A stretch of 64,000 nt of DNA from Rhizophagus irregularis (taxonomy: Eukaryota), in assembly GCF_026210795.1 (NCBI RefSeq), contig NC_089432.1, positions 3,720,001-3,784,000 of the forward strand. Reading direction: 5' to 3'. Numbering within the stretch: the first letter of the stretch is position 1; each line of letters starts with the position of its first letter. A model generated the notes under the pieces. It was given only the letters and a program-made list of their open reading frames with translations, made no database searches and had not been told where the DNA came from. Shown one piece after another: positions 1-12,313 of the stretch. The translations under genes and the position numbers were made by a program.

Positions 1-1987
1 AAATATTATTTTATCTTAATTAAAATAACCTTAATACAACTAAAAATGTATGTTATTTCTAATTAAATCATATTATAAATACATTATTAAATCTATAATA
101 AATGAGGATCTTTTTAAGGGATCTTTAAGAATCCCAAATTTACCATTAAGGAATCCTTAAGGATATTTATCATTATATATTTTTTTATTTATTAATAGAT
201 TTATTAGTTAATTTATTTATTATAAGATTTTTGGAATTCCTAGGGTTCCATGTCCCAAAAAATTTACTGATGTATGAATATAGATTAGAATTTTCTTGTT
301 TTTTTTTCATTTACACCTTTATTTAATTCCAGAGTGTAAGATGTATATTCTCCTCCAAAAACAATTTTATAAATGGATCTAAGTAATAAACATTTGTCCA
401 AAACCAAAACCTTATGCTTATTTTTGGTTTCTTTTTGTTTTGATGATACCAGAAGCTTGTCTTTACTAAGAGAAAAGAAAATAAAATTTATTATTATTCT
501 AACAGATAATTCCTATGTTTTTTTGATAATTTTCTGTAAGCTTACATGTAGTTAAATATGCGATAAGCTTTTTTTTCCAATTCACCATCATTGTTTAGTT
601 ACAAAGTTATAATTCAATCCAATGAAAAGTTGTTTGTTGCTTTATAGAAGGTGATTAAGAGTGAATCCGTTAAAATAGGTTGTATAATTTTATGTGGATT
701 CGAATTAAGAACTTGACACCATTCAGAGTAGGGATCTAAAATATAATGGAGAAATTAATTCAGTACATATTCACAACAGATATTTTTTGGAATACTTTCA
801 ACAATTCGAATGTGTTATTCCACATTAATTTGTTTCTCTCCGCCTAACACTTGCTATCAATTGTCTTTGATACTCCTTAAATTTTTATATATTTAAGGGT
901 ATAACTAAAAAAAGTAAAATGATATGCTACTAACAAGAATTTATCTGTAATTTTCTCCATGCCTACTTCCCACTAAAACGCAAAAATAATATAACTTAAA
1001 TACAATAAATGGAATCTAAAGTTCAGTTACTACCATATACCTCATTTAATGAACTGAATATTATTTGCTGTTCTAATTCTTCTAGATCATCATGTTTGAT
1101 TTCTATTATTTCGTTGGAATCACTATCATTGGGAATATTATTTTCCTGATAACATTGTCATTGCAAGAGCGAAAATATTCAGCAAGGTAATCCAAGGTTA
1201 TCTCGGTATAAATCCTTAATAAGATAATTACACTAGATTCGCCCATTTCGTCACTTGAACATTCTCAAGTTGTAGTCTCATAATCGGGAGTATCAACATT
1301 TGCTAAATTCAACTAGATCACAACGCATATGATATGCCAGTACGGAAATTCGACTTACGAGCCTAATTATTATATAGTCAATACCAAAATACCTCCGTAT
1401 GACTACTAATTTCTACTTCAACATCATGTTCATCGAATATTGCGATTCATTTTGATTTATTAGTGGAAGAATCGAACCTTTGGCGGTTTTAATCTGTTAT
1501 CAACATCAGTATCCACGTGAAATCCTTATTATCTGTAAATAGTAAAGATTCGTGTGGATCCTTCCCACCTCAGCGAATCAAAAAATTTTACTAAGCCGCA
1601 TAATTTTTATCTAATATTTATTTTGCTTTATATAATTTATCAACTTATTATTCAATTAGAAAAAAATATTTTATTAAATTAAACGTCCTAATCTAACATA
1701 TTTTATCACAAAATGTTAAGAATAAATTTGTAAATAGTAAAAAAACTTCGATATTCAAAATATTCAACCATGCCATGATGTAATTCACTATCCTATTCAA
1801 ATCCATAATCTAAATCTTAAAACGAAATATTTTAATAAACGAAACAGTTCTATTTTTCAATTACCAATTCTGCCAAAAAAAGGACAGTGGAACTTTACTT
1901 AAATTTCCTTATGTAATTAAAATTATGAGAAGGAGGCTTGTTAAAGTTCAAAAATTCAAACATCCTCCAGTTTTAGTTGCGAAATTC

Positions 1988-2414
1988 CTAAAAAAAAAAA
2001 AAAAAATGTAAGTACAAATAATACAAAAAAAATTAGTTAATAAAAAACAAAAACAAGAATTACGAAGAACAAAACAAACTTACCATAAGCTGTCACCAAT
2101 AAAGCAGATAATGAAAAAAATCTAAAAAAATGAAAATTTGAAACGTTAAAAAACGTTTCATTAAAATAAATGATTCAAAGAAAAATGATTCAAAGAAAAC
2201 CTTCACCTACCAAATCTAAAGAAATCTGAATAATAAACCATCTAAAAAGAAAAAATCGAAACGTTAGTAAACGTTTCGTTACAGTAAAATAAAAAAAAAC
2301 AAAGAACTCACCGAATTCCAACACGTTCTTGTCTAATGAAAAGAAAAAAATTGAAAGCAAGTTAGCAAACAGTTCAATTTTAGCTAGTTTACAAATTGCA
2401 AGACAGATAAATAC
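1988..2414 (-). other. Array of four tandem GT-AG introns separated by 21-38 nt micro-exons, no convincing ORF
   Basis: Minus-strand introns 2414-2333 (GTATTT), 2311-2242 (GTGAGT), 2210-2122 (GTAGGT), 2083-1988 (GTAAGT), each ending in a pyrimidine tract plus TAG, three with CTAAY branch motifs; micro-exons of 21, 31 and 38 nt. Confidence 0.55.
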
Positions 2415-2638
2415 CTTAGTATATAATAATGTATACTGGTTGGTCAAACTCAGCAAAGGATAACCCCAAATTATAATACGTTGTGAAATAACTTGTAAAC
2501 GCGTTGTTTGATAACAAATTAATCTGAAGATTGATCAATTTCTGACCTTTTAGTTGTCTTCTCCTTTACCAGTATTTTCATAACTTGAAGATTTCAGCGA
2601 GCATTGTTCGCCCAAATTTCTTGGCAAAATATACGTAC

Positions 2639-3016
2639 CATACACGGACTTGCTAAGTGATTCCTCCAACACTGCGATGCGGTCAAGTAATTCCTGTTCA
2701 CGGTTCGAAGTGGCGGTCGAAGCAGGCGGTTCAACTAAGACATGAATGTGTTCCCCGGCTGGTGTAGTACTTCGAAATCTTTTTTGTTGCTAACAGCTCT
2801 GCATTGTTCTCGAGTGTGAGAGTGCTCAAGAGATCGTCGCAATCGTCATGAATTTCCACCTTCCATAGCTTGAGTTCGTCGGCAGCAATATCATTAAAAC
2901 GTGGTGCCTTTTTCACATTTATAGCCTCCTTGAGGTCGCCAACAAGACTATTTCCATTCTATGTAGACAGGGAAAGCGTTCGCGAGTGTATTTAGGCAGA
3001 GTAACGTGATAGACAT
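2639..3016 (-). pseudogene. Crinkler (CRN) effector N-terminal domain pseudogene
   Basis: Three frames join to MSITLLCLNTLANAFPV / GNSLVGDLKEAINVKKAPRFNDIAADELKLWKVEIHDDCDDLLSTLTLENNAELLATKKISKY / PAGEHIHVLVEPPASTATSNREQELLDRIAVLEESLSKSVY, then a GTACGT donor. LKLWKV and HVLVxxP are CRN hallmarks; two frameshifts. Confidence 0.85.
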
Positions 3017-3699
3017 TATCGGATTTTATACTGTTTTTTTGCGAAATGTTATTGGCTAAACAGCTGTATACGACTAATACGAGGATAAGTGTGAAAAATT
3101 TTAAAAGTGGAAAAAGTAACCTATTGCACAATGCACAGATCTGCCGTGTGATCATTTTGTGGCACGAGAATGCATACAGCGGTTTAACAAACTTCTTCCG
3201 AGCTGTTGATCATTGCTCCGGAGGCCGGTCTATAGGAAAATCAATGACGTTTACTGCGCACAAATTTACATCCTCGTTACTTCCTCGTTTCACTCTCGTA
3301 ACATAAATCACTACATGATTATTGCCGTTTATGATCTAGTTTAGAACGTTAGGGCTTGGCAATCAAAAATTAGTGTGTTCCTTATACATGTAATCAAAAC
3401 ATATGTACGAGTGCGGGATTTATGTATATATATATATATATGGCTGTTATAAATTATCGTTTCTGATCACTGTATCATAACGAAAAATGAATCCGTCTAA
3501 TTTATAGTATAAGATTGATAAAGCTGCTATAAATTGTTAAATCGCTAAAACCGCTATAAGCTGCTTAAATCGCTGTAAGCAATCATAGAAATGATTAGAA
3601 CTGGTAATTTCGATTCTGTACGGAAAAATATGAAAAAATTAGGAAGATCTCACATTACAATGTTTGAATCAAAGGTTTGAAAGAATTTTTGGAGGAATC

Positions 3700-3914
3700 T
3701 TTGCAACGATCATCCAACGGGCTTATAGAAGTTACGGGAAGAGAACTGCATTATTAGCAAAAGTGTTTGGGATGCAGCCAGATATGATGCCATCCGCGGA
3801 GGTAAAAGGATTGTTTTAATTCGTTGGGGTAGACAGTGCATATGAGTCAGCAAGACGCAAGAAAAAGGATTATTTGATCGATTAGTTAATTTAACAACAA
3901 AAATGAATGATTGA
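3700..3914 (+). pseudogene. Degenerate gene fragment with IQ-like motif
   Basis: FATIIQRAYRSYGKRTALLAK, then after a frameshift SVWDAARYDA; IQxxYRxY resembles an IQ calmodulin-binding motif; internal stop downstream. Confidence 0.3.
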
Positions 3915-4634
3915 ACCAATTAGTATAAACGCAATTTTGTTCATGTAACAAATGGCAAAGCTTAATAAATAAATTAAATTACTGTCAACAGATTCTTCGG
4001 TAATTATATCATCATCATCAGCATCCATCTCTTCCCACTCTTCGGAATGATAACCTGAGTCTTTTAATATCTTTACTAAATCTCCTTCAAAGTATCATCG
4101 AATATATCTGTTATCACTTTGTATTAAATAATCTGTTGCTTTTGTTCTTCTAATAATGTAATGGTAAAATATAATATAGTTAGCTGAATTTTTCATAAAA
4201 TGTTTATTTACATTCTGTAATTTACATTCTGTATTCTAGTGTTTTTTCTTAGCTCTTCTCATCCTGTTTTGTTTTTTACTCTCTTTCATTTTGATATTGT
4301 GTATATGATGACACGAACGCCAACGTCCATATAATCGATTAAAATTTTTTTTTAATTTAAAAAGAATTTGAATTATAATAAATAATAAACAAATGCGCTA
4401 TAAAACTACAAAATAGAAATCAAAAACAATAAACAGATCGATACTACATTGACACATTGAATTAAAATATAGAAAATGCAAATATTTAAAACGGAAATTT
4501 CTACAAGAACAAAGATCTTGATTACTACTAATAAAACAGAGGGTTTATTCTATTAAAACTTTTTATTTAAATATATTTCTATGTAAAGGAAATAAATTAC
4601 TTTAATTAATTTATATTTAATTCTAATTTTTTTT

Positions 4635-7075
4635 TTAAAGTTTAGCTTTGTTCTTATTTCTAAATAAAACTTCGCTATTAGGATTAACATCCAAAGTTAT
4701 CCCATTTAAGGGCTCTTTAGAAGCCCAATCGATCATCGTCTCGTATACTTTTCCATCATATCTTCCAAGAGCTGATTGTAGGACAAATTCTGGTATGTTA
4801 AACGCATCAACCAAACTCACAGCATTTGGTCTTATTTCTTGTAATAAATCGTATACTTGAGTCCTAAGCAACTTAGCTTCAGAGTCTGTTATAAACCTAC
4901 ATTCAAAGAATTCGCCTATTTCTTTTTCCATAGTATGTAATACAAATAAATTACATACTGATTCCATAACTTTTTTCAATGCTGGACTACTATGTAATAT
5001 ACGCAACTTTTCATCTGTAATTGGTTGTGGTTGCTCTTGAATTGCTGTTATAAAGTTTTTTACTAAAAGATATTGACAATGAGCTCGAGAGATTCTATTT
5101 ACTTCGATCAACATCGAATTCCATGATTTATTTTGATTATCGATTTGATCTACTGCATTTGCAATTAGGTATGCCGCACGATGGCCAAATGCCCTTAACT
5201 GTAGTTCATTATTTTTAAAATCCAATGAAGTTGTTGCGTTACAAACTTGATTTGGATTATTAATATAATCAAGAATGTAAGTTAACGTTGGGTTCTTTTT
5301 TGATTGAGAGGCATATATTTCGGGATTTTTATTTGACACCACTTCTCGGAAGGTTTTTAGAAGCTAAATAAGAAAAAAAATTGTTAAAAGAAAGTTGAAA
5401 AAACGAGAAAGCTTTAAATTTTTACTTACATAACGAGTAGTTTGGTGTGTTAAAATATAGTTATCTCCTTCCCAAGTTATATTTGGCAAATAATTTTGAT
5501 AAAATGTAACAAACCCGCCAAAATTTGAATAGCCATGGCCGCCACATGCCCTTCTACATTCTTCAATTGAATCTACTGCCATCGTGGTAGTTAAGGATTT
5601 TAATCCTGAACTTGATGCGTGTAAATCTGCTAACAGGGAGAAATCACCTGAGGAACTCTGTTTAAGATATTTCATATATAGGTCAATCATTGCTTTTGCT
5701 GTGTAAAAACACGCATAAGCTTGAGCGATTACTGGGAATAATCGATACTGTTGCATTGTGTAATCAAGCACTGACGTTTCTACTATACGTCTAAATTATT
5801 TAGAAATGCATATTAGTAAAAACGAAAAAAAAACTAAATTAAAATTATATACATTTCTAACTCACCCGTCTTTCGATTTTTTTGGTTGATCTTTATCAAC
5901 AAATTGTCTTCTTACAGCCGAATAACGAATTGCGATCGTTGCAGCGCGTGCAAGTGAAGTTCGAACACTTGTGACAATCATGGCACGAATGAATACCATT
6001 GTACCGTAAGATAATTTATCATTCGGCGGGCTTATATATTCGCCTGTACCTTTTTTTATTTGAGAGAATTTAGAAAGCATATTAAAGCGTGGAATTCTCA
6101 CGTGGTCAAAGAGCATAAATCCGTTATCAGTAGCATTATAGCCAAATTTAGGACCGATGTCACCGACTGTTATCCCAGGTAAAGGTTGGTGCGTTTCTAA
6201 ATCTCTTATTTGAATGATAAATGGGTGGGGACCATAGTCCTTTCCATTGCTCTTTAATTGTGCCATAACGATTGCGTGGTTGCTGCGTACATCAAAAAGG
6301 TTAGTATCCAAAGATCACGTGATATGATTACGTCAATGTCAAATTAAACCTACGCTGTTCTTCCTAAACCTCCAATCCACCATTTTGATGCGGTCAAATA
6401 TGGCGAATTTATTTCGAATTCATCTGTTTCCGGAATATATGTTGCAGTTGTTTCGAGCCCTTGAACGTTAGACCCATGTCCCAACTCCGTTTGGGCGTAA
6501 CACCCAATTATTTCATATTTAAGTGCTGGGATTAGGAATTTTTTTTTTTGTTCTTCGGTTCCCTGACCAAATATTGTAGGGATAAACATTCCCCTGTGAA
6601 GGCCATACTGTGAATGTAATAAGAAATTGATAATCAATTAAACAATAAAGGAATAAAATCTTTTTATTAGTACTTACGGGACCTGGTAAATCTATAAACG
6701 ATACTGCTGCTTGAATTTCTTCCATATTCCATTTGTGCTCTCTAAAAAAAAAATCAATTTTAAATAATAATGAAATATAAAATTTAAAAAATAAAGGATT
6801 ACATACTTAATTAATTGTACGAGTCTTTTGTCTTTTCTCAAAGCATTTTCAAATAATTCTGTTCTTCCCATAAAATATAAATTCGATTTGTCAAATACTG
6901 GATCATTCTCTAATATTTTTAAGATTCTATTATCTTTTTCCAATTCCTTTGATCCATATAATGCGAGTGTAAGCTCTTTAACATTAAATGTAGCCTTTTC
7001 TCTTTCTAAAGCTAGTAAATCCGACCCTTGGGGATCGGATGGTACAAGATGAGAGGGGATTTTTATATATGACAT
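4635..7075 (-). CDS. POX1: Peroxisomal acyl-CoA oxidase, 6 exons, about 697 aa
   Basis: Exons 7075-6807, 6741-6678, 6607-6354, 6282-5866, 5790-5430, 5363-4635 (2094 nt, all GT-AG, frame preserved). Motifs [52 protein letters not shown], catalytic TWEGDN; C-terminal PTS1 AKL. Confidence 0.97.
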
Positions 7076-10000
7076 TAAAAAAAAAAATTTTTTTATATTT
7101 TTTATTGAAAAAAAAGAAAAAGAAAGAAAAGAATTTGTTTTCTATATATGTAATTTTTTATATGTAACATTCGGAATTCGTACATCCACAAATAAGTACG
7201 ATTAATAATGAATTTGGTCGATCCCTTGTCTATCAGTAATAAAAATTACTCATGTCAATTTTCTTTTGGCTAATAAATATAAAAGATTCACGTGTGAAGA
7301 AAATAAATTACTAAAATAAAATCATGCTATATTAGAGTTTTTTTTTAAAGCATAGATTAGGTTTATGGCTTTCAAAAATAGCCTGGCAAATGACCGAATC
7401 GGCGACTCGGCGACTTTCGGCTTGATTCATGTAATCTAAATGATAAACTAAATTTATTTTTTTTCCGCCGAAATGGGCGGAATTGCATCATGTGCCATGT
7501 TTATGCAAATCTAATTAAAATGATAGTGTTTGGTTAATAAAATACTTAACATAAATAATACATTCAATCGGGATTATCCAAGTATAAATTAAGATCATTA
7601 GAAATTCTTCTAAAGCACATAATAAACACATTTTATTACTTTAAAGGTTTCAACGAATGTTTGATTTATAAATATTATAAATTCATTGTCAATGATACTA
7701 AATTTTTTATTATATTTAGTGCAAAAATCAATTTTTACTAAATTATGAATTATGATGAGTGTTTATCATAGAAAACATTTGTGCCAATTTAAAGATCTAG
7801 ATCGTTGCACTTAACTGCACTATAGATGTCTAGTAAGCAATTTTAATACCACACGATAATATTTTAATGAGAAAGTTTAAACATGACTCCAATTGATTTT
7901 ATCATCAGGGAGATGTCATTTTTTAAATCTTTCATACTCCTTTCTTCTCAATATTACAAGGACTATGGCATTATTTTATTTTCTCTATTTAAAATGAGGC
8001 TTATTTTTTTAAATAAGTTTCTCTAATCTCGTGAATGCACGAGAAAATTGATTACAATAAATATTAGCATGTAAGATTTTTGAATCTCGTATTGTTCAGA
8101 TATTCAGACGTTATATTTGATCCGAGTTATGTTATAATTTTAAATTAACTAAAAATATTTTCTATAATTTATTAATTTATTATAACATTAATAATAAGCT
8201 CGAGTTATTTACTATTGCAAAATTATTTTTTGTACTATGACTTTGACTATCTCTTTTCTTCGATTGAAAGATTTGTATATATGAAAAATTGAGAGAGGCA
8301 TACAGTAATCATTATATTACATATACTGGATACTAAAATGCAATCAATTTCGTTAAAATATAAAAAATGCATTATAAAGAGTGAGTTTCATGTTTTTACT
8401 GATGAAAAATTGTAAATAAATTGTTCTTAAACAATCTTCTGATCGTAAGAAAAGTAGGATCTAGTATTCATTAATTGTGTTTTTGTCATACAGATTAAGT
8501 TGTAATCTTCATGTTAAACTTGTATCAAATTTTGATAACGAAAATACATCTGTTTTGAACCCGCGTATTCTTTCCAGCGGTAATTCCAGATACATTTGTG
8601 TGTTTTCTTCCAATGTGTGTGTTCTAACGAGATGATTAAATTTTTTTTTTTTACGATAATTATTATAATTATGGTTGCGAGAATCATCTGTTTAACTGTT
8701 CATCTATTTGTTAACAAAAGTATAAGGACAATGGTGTTATGCAATTGATCATACCTTTTTGACAACATCTGTTCCTATAGACATCAAAATATTTTCGAAT
8801 AATATTAATAATAAAGGAGAACAAGCCTAACATGTATAAACTGATAACTCAAGCCAATCGGATGATGACCATAAGTATAAAATATATAGAATATTAATTT
8901 CTCGAACCCATAAAGACCATAGATGTAAGCACAAAATTAAAATTCTCTAATTCTTTAACTCCATCACCGGTTTATTAGAATATATATGAAAAGTATAACA
9001 TGAATACATATACGGTCTCTAAGCGGCAACTCATAAAAGTGAAGGATAGAACAGTCTTTGCAAATGTGACAAAGTTATATATATATATATCTAACATTAT
9101 ATTAATTTGGCAATTCACTGAGATTACTTGTTACATTGATGAATCTTCGGATTCAATGTAATTCGAGTAACCTGTAATTTGAAATATTATCAAAAAAAAG
9201 TTTTGTGATTTTTCTTCTAACATTATAAATAAAATTTTAATATTGTTTATAGCACATTACAAAGTAATCTTTTTTTATGTAGCGGACTCTAGCATCTTTT
9301 TTTTCTTTTTTTTTGAAACTCGGCTTAAATATAAAATATTGAGCCCCTTAATCACATGATCATACTTGTACCGCGGCAATAGTTTTCTTGTGCCACAGCA
9401 ACGCAACTATACTCGATGGAATATCTTAAGCTTAAGATAATACGATATAATATTTATAATATCCTTTTATATAAACTACCGTAAAGAACAAATTCGGTAA
9501 TCTTTAAAGATAGTAATGCTTAATCCGTTATCAGCACGTCTTAATAAACGAAACATCGCTTGACAATTATTCTTTTACAATTATGGTCACTACCTTCCCA
9601 AGTGTAGACTCGCATGCTAAAATGTTACTGTGATTATTTGTTAATACAAAAGGTAATTATAGTTTAAGCCGGTAATAGTCTAATTTATTATCCAAAATTG
9701 AAGGCATTAAATCATCATTATCTAGATTCACCAATTTACCCTAGATGTCAAAAAGAAGAAGAAATCTGGATAAAGTTTGGAAAATAGATACACCATAGAA
9801 GAGTCATAAAAGATATCATTGTAAATACAATGATAGAAATTGAAGCATCATTAGAAAGGAAAAGAGAAAAAAATGAGATTGATGAACGTTCAATTTGCTC
9901 AAATGTTAAAAGATCGGTTAAAAATAATGATACCGACAAGAAAACAAGAGTTTATAAGAGGGCTGATTTTATTAAAAGCAACTTGAATAAATGTAATATT

Positions 10001-11120
10001 GTAAATGTAATAGAAATTTTAATTTTTTCTTGATTTATCCTTTCATAGACCGCAAAACGGTTGTAGATAACTTTTGTTTATTAGAAACATAGCAGATCCC
10101 TGTCTTCGATTAGTCAGTCATAGTATTTTTTGGTGTTTTAGGTTTGTAATAGCTGTTTCCTTTGAACTGTTTACTGTTTTAACTTCCTTTGTTATGGTTG
10201 CAGTCATTATCGTTCTAGTTCGTTTTCCTTTGACAACCTATTATGGCAAGCCATTTATGGTGACATTTTTTAACTATTTATAATATGCTTGCTTGTAACT
10301 GCGCTAGAGCACCGTTGGTTTTCTTTTCTTCCAAAACTTTTAGTAAACGTAAATATGAAAAACAGAATCTAATTTTGTTTTTTTAAAAAAAATTCTTACC
10401 TAACAGAAAACATATTTAAGTTTGGGCTAGTTAGATTGACGAAAGTGAGCAGTATTAATCTTTTTATTCTATAAGTATTCTAAAAGTCAAGGACTCGATA
10501 ATTAAAAAATATCAATATAAATTCACTGTGATGTCGCAAGATTCAATTTTAACAGGGACGTGAAGATTTTTTTTTTTTGAATGAAGTACAGTATGATAGA
10601 TATAATCATGAACCTTGATCCGTACATAATAAATTGTATGTTAATCGACGAATAAGGCCACTTGCCTTGGGAAATACTTTACGATTAATTGTATGTACAA
10701 TAGCGTCTAAATTATTTTTCTCACATTTATCGAGCGGTTTTTAAAATATTTCTTTATTTGAAATCAAATAAATTTTTTATTTTATAGTCAATTCATACTG
10801 TGTTATATGCTATACCCGACGGGCTCTGTTGGCAAAATTAGTAATTAAAGTCCTAGTTTTTAATTAAAACTAATTACAAAGAAGTGAAGGTAAATGAATA
10901 AAATACATTCGGATCCAACTAGACGTTAAAGTACAAATAAATCAACCACAAATTTAATAATATTAGCTACTTAATACGGGTGTCCTAGATTACATTAATC
11001 AGCTAATTCTAGTGGAATACATAAAACATCATTTTTATATTTTGATTAGACTCAAAAGATTCCATGGATTTGCCGCATCATATCACGTGAATTTCCTTAC
11101 ACTTTTTGTAGTAATAAATA

Positions 11121-11305
11121 CAGTGACACCTCTATAAGTGCACGCACTATATATATTCTCTTTAAGTGCACTGTTGGCGTGGTCCCAACTTATAAGAGCT
11201 CTTAATATTTTACTCTCTATCTATAAATGCACACCCTCTCTAAGTGCACATTCTACCATTTTTTACTATGGTCCCCAAGGGGGTGCACTTAGAGGGGTGT
11301 TACTG
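11121..11305. mobile_element. pogo/Tc1-mariner-type MITE, 185 bp
   Basis: Left end CAGTGACACCTCTATAAGTGCAC vs reverse complement of right end CAGTAACACCCCTCTAAGTGCAC; internal TAAGTGCAC repeats; TA on the left, TT on the right. Confidence 0.75.
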
Positions 11306-12018
11306 TTGGTGGACCTGATTGAATCATTTCAATAAATAAAATATTCTATCAACATGAAATTTTTTTTCTATTTTCTCTTGTACATCTCTTGTAAAAAATT
11401 TTATCCGTAATTTCTGTAAAACTCCATACATGTACGTGGAATAAAAACACGGAATAAATTTTTTAGGGACATATACAGTACATTTTATTTTCATTGAAAT
11501 AAAAAATAAGATTCTCGCATCATCATACATTTAAGAGTAGACCATGGCTACTTGATCAAGTTCGACCAAGGAGCAATTGCTTACACGAGAATGAAGTTCC
11601 CTTTTTTTGTAATCGTGGAATTTATAATTACAATTTATTAATGCATATGCTCCATTAATGGCATCATGAACTAATTATTTGAGTGTTGATTACAGAAGTG
11701 GAAAGAAGAATTGGAAGGTAGAAAAGTAAAATTGTTGTTCGCCGAAAACGTTTACCTGATGGGAAAAAGAACTCTTAATTTTCACGGAGTAGTAGCCGAA
11801 GAATTTACAGCAACTGATTATCTCCCGTGATACTTGCTCAAGGGACTTCAAAATTAAACATGTTATGTGATGCGATATTATGAAGAGACTTTTGATAAAA
11901 GTTTGCATTACTTGATAAGAAAATAAAATATTTTCTCTCCAAAGGACCACTTTCTAGTCAATCTTGAATCACATCAGATATGGTGGCGTGCTATGACGGT
12001 GTCAACAATTTGATGCTT

Positions 12019-12133
12019 CCTTGCTAATTCCTTTAGTGTAATAACCTAAGGAATTGACGGATGGCGGATGTTCCGGATGGCGAATATCCCCTTGTTAATT
12101 CCTTTAGTGTAATAGCCTAAGGAATTGACGGAT
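12019..12133. repeat. Two 44-bp direct repeats, each internally palindromic, separated by 27 bp
   Basis: CCTTGYTAATTCCTTTAGTGTAATARCCTAAGGAATTGACGGAT at 12019-12062 and 12090-12133 (2 mismatches). Confidence 0.9.
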
Positions 12134-12313
12134 TGTCCATTAAGTTCCGTCATTTCCGTAGTTCCGTGGAGGTCGGGCAACCAACTGATCGATTTAAACG
12201 TTAATTACGTTGACAGGTTAAAAAAAAAATACCAATGTGTTTAGAAAAAAAAGAAATATTTTATTTACTCTATAAAAGGTATATAAAAATGTATATATAC
12301 AGAAATCTTATAA

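Noticed and set aside
4648..7052. Plus-strand ORFs 4648-4860 and 6828-7052, and separate minus-strand ORFs treated as individual genes
   Set aside because: Antisense shadows or exons of the single acyl-CoA oxidase gene.
12019..12133. CRISPR array (palindromic repeat, spacer, repeat)
   Set aside because: Only two units, no cas genes, spliceosomal-intron context; the spacer shares CGGA motifs with the flanks.
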